Shown here: piece after piece, positions 37,884 through 50,211 of the stretch
How the letters are laid out: every line of letters begins with the position of its first letter
Numbering within the stretch: position 1 is the first letter of the stretch
Assembly (NCBI RefSeq): GCF_009834535.1
Contig: NC_045697.1
Location: 86,988,001-87,052,000, forward strand
Length of the DNA: 64,000 nucleotides
Source: Camelus ferus
Lineage: Eukaryota
Direction of reading: 5' to 3'
Program-made: the position numbers and the translations under genes
Notes under the pieces: model-generated
Databases searched by the model: none
Told to the model about the DNA's origin: nothing
The model's input: only the letters and a program-made list of their open reading frames with translations

Positions 37884-38488
37884 CCATGTCAGCCCCTTTC
37901 TGAGCTCTGTGCCTTTATATATGCAATTTCAATTTTTTCAGTGTTTTTTTACCTTTTTTTTTTTTCCTGGTAGCTCCTACTCAGTTTCACACTCAGTTTA
38001 AATATTACCTCCAACGAGAAGTCTTTGTGGGTTTTTAAAGGCAGTTAGTTGCTACAGTGTATTGTATGACTGCTTTCCAAAATGGATAGTAAGCTGCAGG
38101 GTATTAGGGATATTGTCTTACTAATCTTCATTCTCAGCACATGGCTCAGACTGGAAGCTTAAGGAATGTTGAATGAATGAAGAATACCCTAACAGTCTGT
38201 GATAAACAGGGTTGTCTTCCCAGTTAAATACAGCCATTTATAATTTTCCTATAGCCATCAAATAGAGAGCAACATTGAGGCTCCTCTGACATTTTAAGGC
38301 CTTCATAAGTATTTTTTGGATTAAATAGATGTCTAAATGACCCATAAATGCTTAGAAATGACTTAAAATATCTTTCTGTAATTCTTTGAGTATATCAAAA
38401 TCTCTACTTTTATTTTTACAGAAAATTTCATTTTTCTCTAGAGAGAACTAAATATTTAGAAAGCAATTTATAAAGCAAAGCAACTTAC

Positions 38489-38544
38489 TTTATTTCGATC
38501 TTGTACAACCAATATTTTTCTAGTATTTTCATCAAATACAGCTC
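38489..38544 (-). CDS. NUDT6: NUDT6 coding exon 3 (56 bp), (G)AVFDENTRKILVVQDRNK
   Basis: caatag|GAGCTGTATTTGATGAA...CGAAATAAA|gtaagt; phases match exons 2 and 4. Confidence 0.95.
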
Positions 38545-40169
38545 CTATTGGGGTGAAAAATAATTGAGAAATATGAATTTCATTCACTTTAGACTCCTCC
38601 CACACTATTACCTGTGGCCATTAAAATCCTACCCATTTCCACAGGCCTAGTTCAAACATCCACCTCATCCATGTAGACTTGTAAAATCTCTCCACCAGGA
38701 AAACTGGTTGTTCAGTTATCTAGTTCATTTTACAACTCTGAGTACCAGTGATGGTTCTAGCATATGCTAGCTTGTATATAACCATCTGCATCTTTTCTAG
38801 ATCATCTATTCTTGATAGTACAGTTAAATAAATTAGTCTTTCTAACCTTTTTTTTAACCATTTCCTTTAGTGTACAATTTTAAGTGCTTAAAAATATTTA
38901 TTGAATAAGTGAATTGACTCTTCCATTCTCATTTTTATTTCCTGAATCTCTATATATAGAAAATGGGTTGTGCTCCCTGGGGATCCATATCTCAGATATC
39001 TCAGTATTCAAGACATCCTTGAAGCCACTTAAATTTCTTTACCATGTATATACACAACTTTATAACATATTACCTTTGAATACTTATTTATTTTATATTT
39101 TAAGGTCTAGTCCATTTCTTTTACTTATTCATTCATTATGTACATTGCCCTGCACACTAGGCATTTTGCTAGATGTTAGGGACTCAAAAATAAGTAAGTT
39201 TTCTTTTCAGGTAATCCTGGGTCAAAAATACAAATGACATTTTAAAGATTTATATTAGGTTCCTTTAAATGCTATAATTTAAAAATAATTTGTATTTACA
39301 TAGTGTGAGAAGATACTGTTAGAGAGGTATTTTTCCACTTATTCATCAATACTTTTAATATTACTTGAACTCCCATATATTATACATATAGGTTCTGTAT
39401 ACAGTACACTCACTGAGGTCCTGTTTTGTGTCAGGCACTTGTCTAGCTGCTAGGCACATAGTGCAGACAGAACAAAATTCCCTATCCTTATAGGGCTCAT
39501 GTTCTGGTGTCTGTATGAGAAGGTGACAAATATGTAAACAAAAAATAAATTATACAGAACATGAGAAGGTGATAAATGCTATGTAGAGATAAAATATAGC
39601 AGGAAATAGATATGTGCAACACAAAGGAGCAATCTTCTCTGGAATTAAAACATCACATTTTAATATTTCAAAGCAAGAAGGAAAACTACAAAGTGAGATA
39701 TAATTAACATTAATGTTGGCTTCTGTTGAAAAATATAAACTATAATTTAATTAGAATTTACAAGGGACAGAATGCCAGAGAAATGCCAAGGAAACCTACT
39801 CTTAAATTTTAATAACTTGTGATTACTCAAATTGAACTTTTCCCTAGTTCACTACAAACATGAACAAAATATTTATTCCAGACAAAACTGGCACTGCTAA
39901 AGCACCATGTGAGCGACCCCTGCTGGTCTCAACATAAAAATTGAATAAATCTAAAGAGATCAGGGATTAAAAAGAGGTTACTATTATATTATTATGATTA
40001 GTCAAGTATTGTGCTAAATGTCTTTATCTCAGCTATTCTCATAATTATCCTGAGTGCCTACAGCTGACATCCTGCCTGGATCCGAGCAGGCATTCTTCTC
40101 TCTGTGCAACACTAGCCTTTCCCCACACCACCACTTCCTTTTCAGAGGGCTGATGTTTCCACTTGAAGA

Positions 40170-40578
40170 TCTATCCAATCACTCATGCAAGAAATATTTA
40201 GTGTGCATCTACTTTATACCAGACACTGTGCTTAGCCTGAGGATACAGAAGTAAACAAGCCAGGTGAAATAGCTCCCCTCGAGGGGGAAGTTAAGTACTT
40301 GATAATTTCAGATTGTGATAAGTGCTGGTAAGAAAAACTGGATATCCCGAGCCTAGTAAAGGGACAAAGGATGATGGGACTGGCATGCAGGAGGACTCCA
40401 TGTTAGACAGGAAGGTTGGGAGCTTTTCAGAGAAGATATCTGAGCACAGGCCTCAGCCCTAAAGAGCCAGATAAACAAAGCCCTGGGGAAGAACACTGTA
40501 GAAAGAGGAACCAGTATGTTTAAAGATTCTGAGGCAAATAAAAGCTTGCTGTATTTCAAGAACAGAAAGCAAGCTATA
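40170..40578. mobile_element. L2 fragment
   Basis: aatcactcatgcaagaaatatttagtgtgcatctactttataccagacactgtgc, typical of the L2 3' region. Confidence 0.6.
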
Positions 40579-41418
40579 TTGCTGTGAAAAGATGCTCAAC
40601 ATCACTAATTGTTACAGAAATGCAAGTTGAAACTAAAATGAGATATTACCTCACACCAGTCAGAATGGCCATCATTAAAAAGTCTACAAATAATAAATGC
40701 TGGAGAGGCTGTGGAGAAAAGGGAACCCTCCTACACTGCTGGTAGGAATGTAAATTGGTGCAGCCACTATGGAGGACAGTATGGATATTCCTCAAAAAAC
40801 TAAAAACAGACTTACAGTATGATCCAGCAATGCCATTCCTGGGCATATATCTAGAGGAAAATATAATTTGAAAAGACACATGCACCCCAATGTTCACAGC
40901 AGCACTATTTACAATAGCCAAAATGGAAACAACCTAAAGGTTCATTGACAGATGACTGGATAAAGAAGATGTGGTATGTGTGTATATACATACACACACA
41001 CACAATGGATACTACTCAGCTATAAAAAATAAAATAATGCCATTTGCAGCAACATGGATAGACCTGGAGATCATTTTAAGCAAGCCAGAAAGAGAAAGAA
41101 AAATACCATATGATATTGCTTATATATGGAATCTGAAAAAAAGGACACAAATGAACTTATCTACAACACAGAAACAGACTCACAGACCTAGAGAACAAAC
41201 TTTATGATTTCCAGGGGGTTAAACAGGGGTGTGGGGGAAGGGATAAATTGAGAATTCGAAATTTGCACCTCTTGGGGAGTGATGGAAATGTTAGCTATCT
41301 TGATTGTGATGGTGGTTTCATTGGTAGACATGTCTATCAAAATTCATCAAATTGTACGTCTGAAATATGTGTAGGTTACTTACAGGAATCATACCACAAT
41401 AAAGGTATTAAAAAAATA
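40579..41418 (+). mobile_element. 5'-truncated L1 3' fragment with chimeric terminus
   Basis: ORF2 C-terminus and 3' UTR; switches at about 41267 to an older L1M-type end; candidate 8-bp TSD aagctata 40571-40578 / 41419-41426. Confidence 0.85.
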
Positions 41419-41444
41419 AAGCTATAGATCACTCCATTCAAGTG

Positions 41445-42948
41445 CTGGAGAGGAAAGATTTTTTTCTTCTGCCCACTTAGGTTCTGTGTCTGGGAATTAT
41501 GAGTTGAACTGAGAAGAGGACAGATCAATGGATAAAAAGTATGTAAGTTTTACTTGATGTTAATATTTTTACATGGCCTGGGGTGGGGGTGGAGAGCGTC
41601 AAAGAAAGAAGTGAAAATCCCTCAAAAGTGGTTAGACTTGGGGCTTATGTACCATTGTGAAAAAGAAGGATAAACTGTGAAGAAATGACAAAAGTGTTTG
41701 GGGTAGGGGAGGTAAATTGTGAAAAAGTGACTAGGAAATATATGGGGGAAACTAATAGAACATAAGGATTTTTTTTTTTGAATTCTTATTTTTTAAGTGA
41801 AGTGTAGTTGATTTAAAATGTTAGTTTCATGTGTATAGCAAAGTAATTCAGTTTCAGACATATACACATACATTTTCAGATTCTTTTCCATTACAGCTCA
41901 TTACAAGAAACTGAATATAGTTCCCTGTGCTATACAGCAGGTCCTTGTTGTTTACCTATTTCACATATAGTAACGTGTATCTGTTAATCCCAAATTCCGA
42001 ATTTACCCACCCTTTCCCCTTTTCCCCACTGGTAACTACAGTTTGTTTTCTATGTCCGCGAGTCTACTTCTGGTTTGTAAATAAAACATGTATTTTTTCT
42101 TTCTTTCTTTCCTTCTTTCTTTCTTTTTTTAGTTTCCCCATATAAGCAACATCATATATTTGTCTTCAACTTCACGTAGTATGATAATCTCTAGGACTAT
42201 CCATGTTGCTACAAATGGAATGATTTCATTCTTTTTATGGCTGAATAATATTCCATTATATACACACACACACCTCTCCCCTCATCTGTCAATGGACATT
42301 AAGACAGTTTCCATGTCTTGGCTATTGTATACAGTGCTGGTATGAACATTGGGGTGCATTTGTCTTTTTGAATTGTAGTTTTCTCAGGATATATGCCCAG
42401 GAGTGGGATTGCTGGTTCATATGGTAAGTTTATCTTTAGTTTAAGGAAACTTCATACTGTCCTCCATAGTGGCTGCACCCAATTACATTCCCACCAGCAG
42501 TGTAGGAGGGTTCCTTTTTCTCCACAGCCTCTCCAGCATTTATTATTTATAGATTTTTTTAATGATGGCCATTCTGACTGGTGTGAGATGATACCTCACT
42601 GTAGTTTTGATTTGCATTTCTCTAATAATTAGTGATATTAAGCATCTTTTCAAATGTGTCTGTTGGCCATCTGTATATCTTCACTGAAGAATTGTCTCTT
42701 TAACTCTTCTCATTTTATAAGGGTTGTTTTAACAAGGTTTGTATACACTCATTTCAGTGTCAACTCCCCATCTCTGGCGATAAGAATGTCCTCCTCTTCA
42801 CGGAACAAGAAACTTATGCCCTGCTTTAAGGTAGGAGCAGGCAGAGAGTCCTTCCTGCATCTGCCGTTTTTCAACTGATCTCCAACTCAAAATAATCAAC
42901 ATGCCAAAAGTGGCATATTTTGGGGTGGTATGTTCTGACTCCCTTCAC
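41445..42948 (-). mobile_element. MER34-like ERV1 solo LTR split by an L1
   Basis: Ends ...atgccaaaagtggcatattttggggtggtatgttctgactccccttca, the reverse complement of a MER34-type start; two parts, about 41445-41767 and 42717-42948. Confidence 0.7.
41768..42716 (-). mobile_element. 5'-truncated L1 3' fragment inside the LTR
   Basis: Poly(T) at 41769-41779, inverted L1 3' UTR and ORF2 C-terminus; candidate short TSD ataagg. Confidence 0.88.
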
Positions 42949-43584
42949 CAGCTACACCTGCCTTCTGTTGCTTGTAACAAATGTCAACTATTATTTCTTC
43001 ACCTAAAAAACTGTGTACCTTTCCAAGACAATTTGTTACATTATCTTTCTACCCCAATAGGACTTGAAATCCTAGGTAGTCTTACAGACTCTGGTCAAGT
43101 TCTATATCTCTCATTCTCTGAATTCCTACAGCGTATCTTAACTATAATATATAATACAGCACTTAGTTATAAACAAATCCTTCACAGGACACTGTTTATG
43201 CATATATTACCAAATCTGTAGGAACAGCTGGAAACTCTTATTTGGAAGGCTGTACCAATGAATTGATAATTATCTATATGACTTTCCAACAAAGTGCTTG
43301 GCTGTCATCAAACTATTAAGCAGTCTTTTGAAGTAGAGGTGAATGGAAAGTTTACGAATTGCTATAGGGGTGCCAGAGCATGGACAGAGAAAACATCAGA
43401 GATCCTTTAACAACACCTTTAAAAGACTTCTAAGATGCAAACTACCTTTAAAAACCTCTTGTAAATTACATAAAGACAAATAATATTATTACTAATTAAT
43501 ACACACTACTGCTTTAATTTATTTTAAATTATAAGGGTTCTTTTCTATTTTTGTTTTTCTGGAAAATCTAGAAGTTTTCTTCAC

Positions 43585-43775
43585 CTTGCTTCTCAAAGGG
43601 TAATTCTAGGGCCAGCATATTAACAGCTGCAGCAGCAGAGAACTTATTAGAAGCACAATTCTCGAGCCCCTCCCCAGACCAACTCAATTAGAAACTTTTG
43701 GGACCGAGGCACAGCAATCTGGTTTAACAAGCCCTCCAGGTGATTCTGATGCACTCTACAATTTGAGAATTGTCT
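43585..43775. mobile_element. MER5A-like DNA transposon
   Basis: cttctcaaag...cccagacc...ttaacaagccctccaggtgattctgatgcac...tttgagaa. Confidence 0.75.
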
Positions 43776-44303
43776 TAACCTAAAGCAAGTATTCTCTCAA
43801 GACTATGTTTCTGAAGCTAATCAGTGACTTCAAAATTCTGTATTTAAAGTATGCTATTTTAAACAACTGTTTGGCACACTGACTTAGTGTAGATATCTTT
43901 AAGATGTTCAAAATCACTGAAAAACTGGTTTGCTTTACCTAAAATTCAACTTAAATGCTATCTTTTATTTTACTAATTCACATAATTAGTATTAATATGT
44001 TTTACCATAATGAAATGAATTAATTTAGTATAACTATGTCAGTAGTGAAGTTCAAATATCTTGGGTAAAACATGTTCAAATATATCCTTTGGAAAACCAC
44101 ACACTAAACTTGCTTGTTCTCTAGGCTGCCCTCTGCTGAATCATAAGGCAAACTTCATCTAATTAAAGGCTAAGCTATAGTTCCAAGGATGATAATCATT
44201 TAATCAAATTATTAATTCCACGTGAATAAACTATCACTCAGCTGTAAGAAATTGGGTAACCCTCTAAAAAGTTAATTTTGATCATCATTAGTTTGAAACT
44301 GAC

Positions 44304-44507
44304 CTGCAACTCCCACTTGATGTGTCGCGTATCCTGGTAATCTGCTGGGCCCCTCTCCCAGCCACAGGGTCAGCGTGGAAGCATCCGATTCTGCGTGGTG
44401 AAAGCAGAAGCCCAGGGAAGCGGCAGGGGCAATAAAGCGGCTTTGGAGGATGGGAATGTGCAACCATATGGCTACTCTACCTTCTGATCTCCATTTCTGT
44501 ACTGCAG
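44304..44507 (-). CDS. NUDT6: NUDT6 coding exon 2 (204 bp), (A)[40 protein letters not shown]...HQVGVA(G)
   Basis: ttttag|CTGCAGTACAG...GTTGCAG|gtcagt; peptide recognisable as NUDT6. Confidence 0.96.
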
Positions 44508-46774
44508 CTAAAACGGAGAGGAAAAAATAAACCTGTAAATATTTTCCAGTGACAGGAGTGGAGTAAATTAAAACTCATCTCTGGCTGTCCCCTCTCCAGG
44601 AAGCCATGTTTAAGCTCCACGTCCCTCACTAGTTACACTAGTTAGCTCTCTTTGGCGGGGGGAGGGGAGTCCCAAAATGTCCTGTTCACATACATCCGCA
44701 GCATGGGAACTGTTTTATTACATTTAAATGTTCTATGATAATTACTACCCTGTTTATATGATTTTTCTACCAGGCTAATGTGATGATCTTTATATTCATA
44801 TCATCTGACAATACTTGGTACATAATTGGTGCTCAATAATTGCACAATGAAGAAATAAACTGATTTAAATAAAATACCATTTCAGTGCTGTTCAACAACT
44901 GTAGTTTTAACCTTTGTAAATGACCATTATGGGCTTCTATTTACTCTTCCTTTAGGAGTCCTGTTACATCTCTCTCTCTATATATATACACACATATTTT
45001 TTGTTTATACATTTCAAGGTGGTTAAAAGTATAAATTTGTTTTTAAAATAATGTATGGTAGTTCTAGAAAATTTTGAAAATAAAGTATAAAGAAATTAAA
45101 AATTGACATTAGCACACTGATAAAATTTAAAATTTTGATATTTTCCCATGAATTTTGGAATTGACATCATATGATTATACTGTTACAAAGTAATTTACAG
45201 TATATTTTTAAACTACATATTATATTGTAAATATTTTGCTATGTCATTAAAATTCTTAAATGAACATTCTTAATGACTGCATAATTTTCCTTATATAGGT
45301 ATACCATAAGCTACTTAACCAACCTACTCTTATGTATTTAGATTGTTTCTAATTTTTCTTTAGAATAAATACCACGATGAACATGAAGATAGTCTTTCTG
45401 TCTTTGACTTTAAATTCTCTTACTTTATTACTTAAGATTGAGCCAGGGAAAAAAGATGCTAACATTTATCTGTTCCTTACTATATTCCAGACACTTTAGA
45501 TACACTTCACTAAGTTCTCACAACATGAAAGGCAGGTATTATCACCCTTAATTTATAGGTGAAGAAATAAATGCTTCACAGTTTTAGAAAAACTTTTCAG
45601 AGTACTTTTTTTATCCACCATCTCACTTAATCTTTACAATAATCCTGTAAAGTATACGTGGAGAGGGAAAGACTTGATTATTTAATGGGTAGATTCCTTT
45701 CCTTTCTCTTCTACAGCCTCTGCAGTAACTTTCCCTGTTCCCTACCTCTCTGAAAGTTAGTGCGCCTAACACACTGACAGACAACTCCAGAGCCTTAGCT
45801 TAACAGACTTCTTGATTTGGGACTATGGTGTCCCCCTCAGATCCTCTCACCTCCATCTTTCTCTAATTAAATCTTTTTGAAATTAACACAGAATTACATA
45901 AAGTGAAAGGAACAAATCTTAAGTGAACATTTGATGAGTTCTGACACATGCAGATACCTGTGTAACCCACAGTCGAGACTGCAGAACATTTCTGTCACCC
46001 CAGAAAGTTCCCACGTCCTCCTTCCCCAATCATTCCAATCAAATGAAAAAGCTGAGGTTCTGAATGTACGGTCACTTGTTCACTATTTTTAATCTTTACA
46101 CTCTGACTTGGAGAATCCATCCACTTCCACTGCTTCAGCCAACAACTATACAAGGACAGTTGCCCGGTCCTGACCTTATTGAACACTGAAGTTTTCTGCT
46201 TTCCAGCTGCTCTCATCTCATACATTTCCTGAAGGCTGCTACGTCAAACTTCACACCCATGTTCAAAACTGACTCCTACACCATCCACCCCAAATTAGTT
46301 TTATTTACAGGCATATTTCTGGCTCCAATGCCTGAAGTTTAAGAATCATTTTTTTAATCCTTTTTTTCTCTTTTTCTCTAATAAACTTCAATGCTTTCTC
46401 CTCCTCCATCCCTCATCTCTCATCTCTCAAGGTGAGCTCACACACCACCTCTCTGACCTTTCTTCACCTGCTCTCCATATGTGAACCTAAGGACTACTCT
46501 TTATGCAGATATGTGAAGCTGAACCACATATTGCCTGTTCATCTAACTTTAGTTATTAGTTACAGAAACAGTAAAAGAATAGACTTCACATATAAAGGTG
46601 CATAACAACTATTGCTAATACATCAGTACAATTACTTAAAAAGAAAGATTTAGACTTCCTATTTGACTTTCTTCTCAGACTTTTTCAGTTTCTTTTTATT
46701 GGTGATACCATTCAGTTTTGTTTGACTCAGTAACAAAAAAATTAGCAATAGCTCTTTTAGTGCAGTAAGAACAG

Positions 46775-47140
46775 CTTCCAGAACCAGGGGAAGTTAATCT
46801 GTCTCTTAGTACCATCATCTTTGAAATGAGGATAATATTAGTACCTATCTCACAGGCTGTTATGAGGATTAAATGAGTCAATATTTGTGAAGTTCTTAAA
46901 ACAGTGTCTAGCACTTAGAGCAAAATAATTTAAGAAGATAAAAAAAGTATATGGTATTTCAGAGTTTATAAACTAGTTTCATGTAATTTATGCCTGATCA
47001 CATCCATCCAGTGAAGTAATTAGAGCTGGCATTATTCACATAAGCAACCTGAGGCAAATATTTTCAGTGATTTGCCTAATGCCTGGCTAACCATGTGGCA
47101 GAACCTGGGAGATTCCAAGCCCAACCCACTTTCTGCTTTG
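46775..47140. mobile_element. Two MIR fragments in opposite orientations
   Basis: catctttgaaatgaggataatattagtacctatctcacaggctgttatgaggattaaatgag, and a second core near 47040-47110. Confidence 0.65.
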
Positions 47141-48303
47141 CCTTCTTGACTTAGGTAGTGTTTTGATAACCTGTTTGATCCATTAACAAGTGACAAGTGT
47201 GCAATAAATACCCGCGTCTACCCACACATATATACACATATTAGAGGCTGAACATTGATTTGATTCGCTTACTGGTAATACTGCTAAAGTTAGCAATTGT
47301 TCACACGTAGGAGAGAAAATAACGTGAAGAAGTAATTAGCTTAGAAATACGGATAATTAAAGATTGAAATAACTAGCTCAATTATATTTCCACAGATGCT
47401 CACTTGCCACATTGCTCCATAGGATAAAGATTATTTGAAGTTTCCTGTTAGTGTGAGAGGATCTTTCCATGGCTAAATTCCATGCTCTACCTTGAATTTG
47501 GTTATAAGGACTCTCAAGGCCAGTTTGAAAAACAGGCTGTTCCACCAAATCAAAGGCTCTCAAAGTGAAGGCTCCTCCTTCCAGGCTTACTTTCTTATCA
47601 TTGGGCTCAAGGTTCAAATAGAGGAGTGAGTTTTCCTATTGAAGACTGAAACCACTCACCAATCTCCCTGGTTAATCATAAAATGCTTGCTGGTCTCTAA
47701 ATAGAAGCAAACTCTCCAGTTCTCAGCGCCACAGCTCCTGACCCGACTTGCGTACAAATAACGACCACTCAGAACCTCTGGCCCACCCACTGCCCACCAC
47801 CTGTATTAGAAAGTGAGATAGTTCTGTCTTTTGCAAAGTGCCCGGCAGAACCAAGGCTTAGTAAATGATAGTAAATTATAATATGCTATTAACAAACATA
47901 TACTAAGCGTTAAATATATAGCAGATACCGTCCTAGGCACTTTTATACGCCTTATACAACTTATCCCTTAGCAATTCCGCTAGTTCCTATTACCTGGTTT
48001 TACGGATGAGAAAAATGCTGGTTTACACAACTTGCCCAAGGCCACACTAGAAAGAGTACCAGAAACGAGGGCTGCCGACCCCAAAGCTTGAGCTCGTCAC
48101 CATTTCACCCAACCACCTCAGAGACCTCCCAGTAAAAAGCACAAAAGCGAAGGCACAAAACGCGTGCGGGTCGCGCGTGCCCTCTCCCCTTCCCTCTGGA
48201 CTCGGTAGTTGACGGGTTTAGGGCGCGACTCGGGGGTGAGGACCACGGTTACTTCAACAGAAAGGCTCAGGAGCCCGGGGAGCCTCGGTCCAGCCGCACT
48301 TGC

Positions 48304-48541
48304 CCTGCAAGGCCCTCTTGAAGGCGGCGGGGTCCAGGCGGTCCAGCGTGTCCAGCCGCGCCAGGCGCACCGAGACGCCCCCGAATCTGTCCAACTCTCC
48401 CGGCAGCTCGCCGGCTCCGGCCAGGGGATCCTGCGCGTAACCCGAGCCGTCCGAGGCCCAGCGGGGTCCCGATAAGAGCACCGCGCGGCGGGCCCGGGCC
48501 AGCACCGCGCGCCAGTAGCTCCCGCTTCGCGACGGCTGCAT
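48304..48541 (-). CDS. NUDT6: NUDT6 coding exon 1 (238 bp), [19 protein letters not shown]...[13 protein letters not shown]...AFKRALQ; Arg-rich leader resembling a mitochondrial presequence
   Basis: ATG at 48541 (gagATGc); conserved GELDRFGG motif; joins exon 2 in frame through a CAGG|GCAAGT donor. Confidence 0.93.
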
Positions 48542-49095
48542 CTCCACGCCCGCCGTCGTGGCCCCACGCACCGCGAGCCTCTTAAGTACCTACGCCGTGC
48601 GCCCTGGAACAGAGGACGCTACCGTAAGTTTTAGAAGAGTACCACCCAACCCTTATCAGAGTTGAGCCACGGTTACCACTTTGCAGCGCTAGGCAGAGGA
48701 GACGGCTGAGTCTTGCCGACTGGCTCCTCTCAGGAATTTGCCCGGCTCCAGGAAAGAGGGGAGAAACTTTCCCACGACTCCCCTCCCCCCACCCGGTTTA
48801 ATTCAACAGACGTTTGTTCAGGGATGAGGAGGGCGGCAGAGATTGGAAAAAGTCCTGTTTTTCAGGAATTTACAATCTAGATGACGGTCTGTCCACCTAA
48901 GCCTTCTTCCATGGCAGAAATCAATGACGGCGGATTCTGAAGACGCTCAGTTCGCCCGCTTCTATTGCGCTCCACTCAGGGGATTACGGCGCGGGACGGA
49001 GCCTCGCTGCCTTCTGCCCCGGAAGTTTTTCTCTCAGAGAAGCGTGCACGTTGAGCCGGCTTTACCGCTGCTTCTCTTGGGGCTGCCTTCCGATC

Positions 49096-49243
49096 ATGTC
49101 TTCCAAGAAGAACAGAAAACGGCAGAACCAAAGCGCCGAGAGCGGTTCGCCCTCGCCCTCCGCTGCTTCCGTACTTGCGGGGTCCAAGGCTTCTCCTGCC
49201 GTTGCGGCCGGAACTCTGGTGGTGATCAACTTCTTAGAAAAGG
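49096..49243 (+). CDS. AFG2A: AFG2A/SPATA5 coding exon 1 (148 bp), MSSKKNRKRQNQSAE...NFLEK
   Basis: atcATGtct start; donor AAGG|gtaaag; N-terminus recognisable as SPATA5. Confidence 0.93.
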
Positions 49244-49335
49244 GTAAAGAGTTCTAAGGGGGAGACTCGAGGCCGAGGGCGCGCAGCCTGAGGGGACGAA
49301 AACCTAGCGATTCTGCCTTGAGGTGCAGAGGTTTT

Positions 49336-49504
49336 GTTTGTTTTAAATTTTATTTTATTGAGTTATAGTCAGTTTACTATGTTGTGTCAATTTCCAGTGT
49401 GGAGCACAGTTTTTCAGTCATACGTGAACATACATATATTCATTGTCTCATTCTTTTTCACCGTAAGCTACTATAAGATCTTGTATATATTTCCGTGCTA
49501 TACA
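49336..49504 (-). mobile_element. 169-bp L1 3'-end insertion
   Basis: Perfect 16-bp TSD gaggtgcagaggtttt at 49320-49335 and 49505-49520; inverted L1 terminus (tttattgagttatagtcagtttac). Confidence 0.9.
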
Positions 49505-50211
49505 GAGGTGCAGAGGTTTTTAAAAGTTGGGCGAGGCCGAGGTGTGAAAGCGGCACAGAAGTGTGTAAGACACCCCAAGCCACGCTTGCTCTGGAGAAGT
49601 TAGGCAGGAATGACTTCTCCGTGGCTAAGTCCAGCTGGCTCTTTTGTAAATTTCTTTGAATTTCTAAGTTGTACTTGAAACGACGTTGCTGTATTTAAGA
49701 TTAACGGCATATTTAACGGCAAAACCACTCATTTCTACCGAGTATAGTAAACATATACTAAAAAACTAAATTCCCAGTTTGGTAACGATGTGGATGCGTT
49801 CTTTCTTAAGAGACATCAGTGTGCCTTTAAGAATGAAAGGTGGCCTTTTCCCTACTACACAGGTTCTAGTAGTTAATAACTGCTCTTAATTGCACACGGG
49901 TGTGAGCAGGAGATTGATTATGTCACAAACGTATCTCATTTAATCTTTTTATATGTCATCAAATTTTCTTAGTTTGTTTCCCTCTTTTTGATGGTACTTC
50001 ATCAGTTTCCTTTGCAAGCTCACCCTCTGTTACCTGTCAAATGTAGAAGTTCCTTAATTCTTAGTCCTAAACCCTCTTTTTCTCTCTGTAAATCTTCTTT
50101 CTTATGCAAGTTCATCCAATGCCCAAAGTTTCCCATTTGGACCATTATTATTTTTTATTTGTATTTGTAATTTATGTTGTTTACAAGTCTTGATTTAATT
50201 GTCTTCTAGAC

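Larger units (their letters stand above)
48100..49320. promoter_or_regulatory. CpG island / bidirectional promoter of NUDT6 and AFG2A
   Basis: High GC and CpG density; divergent ATGs at 48541 (-) and 49096 (+); ETS/GABP motif CCGGAAGT at 49019-49026. Confidence 0.88.

Noticed and set aside
48118..48567. Overlapping ORFs in the CpG island (48118-48567, 48209-48475, 48924-49247)
   Set aside because: Alternative frames in GC-rich DNA around real first exons; no recognisable product
48885..48920. Possible donor for an alternative upstream NUDT6 first exon (minus strand cttag|gtggac)
   Set aside because: Weak donor; cannot be supported without transcript data
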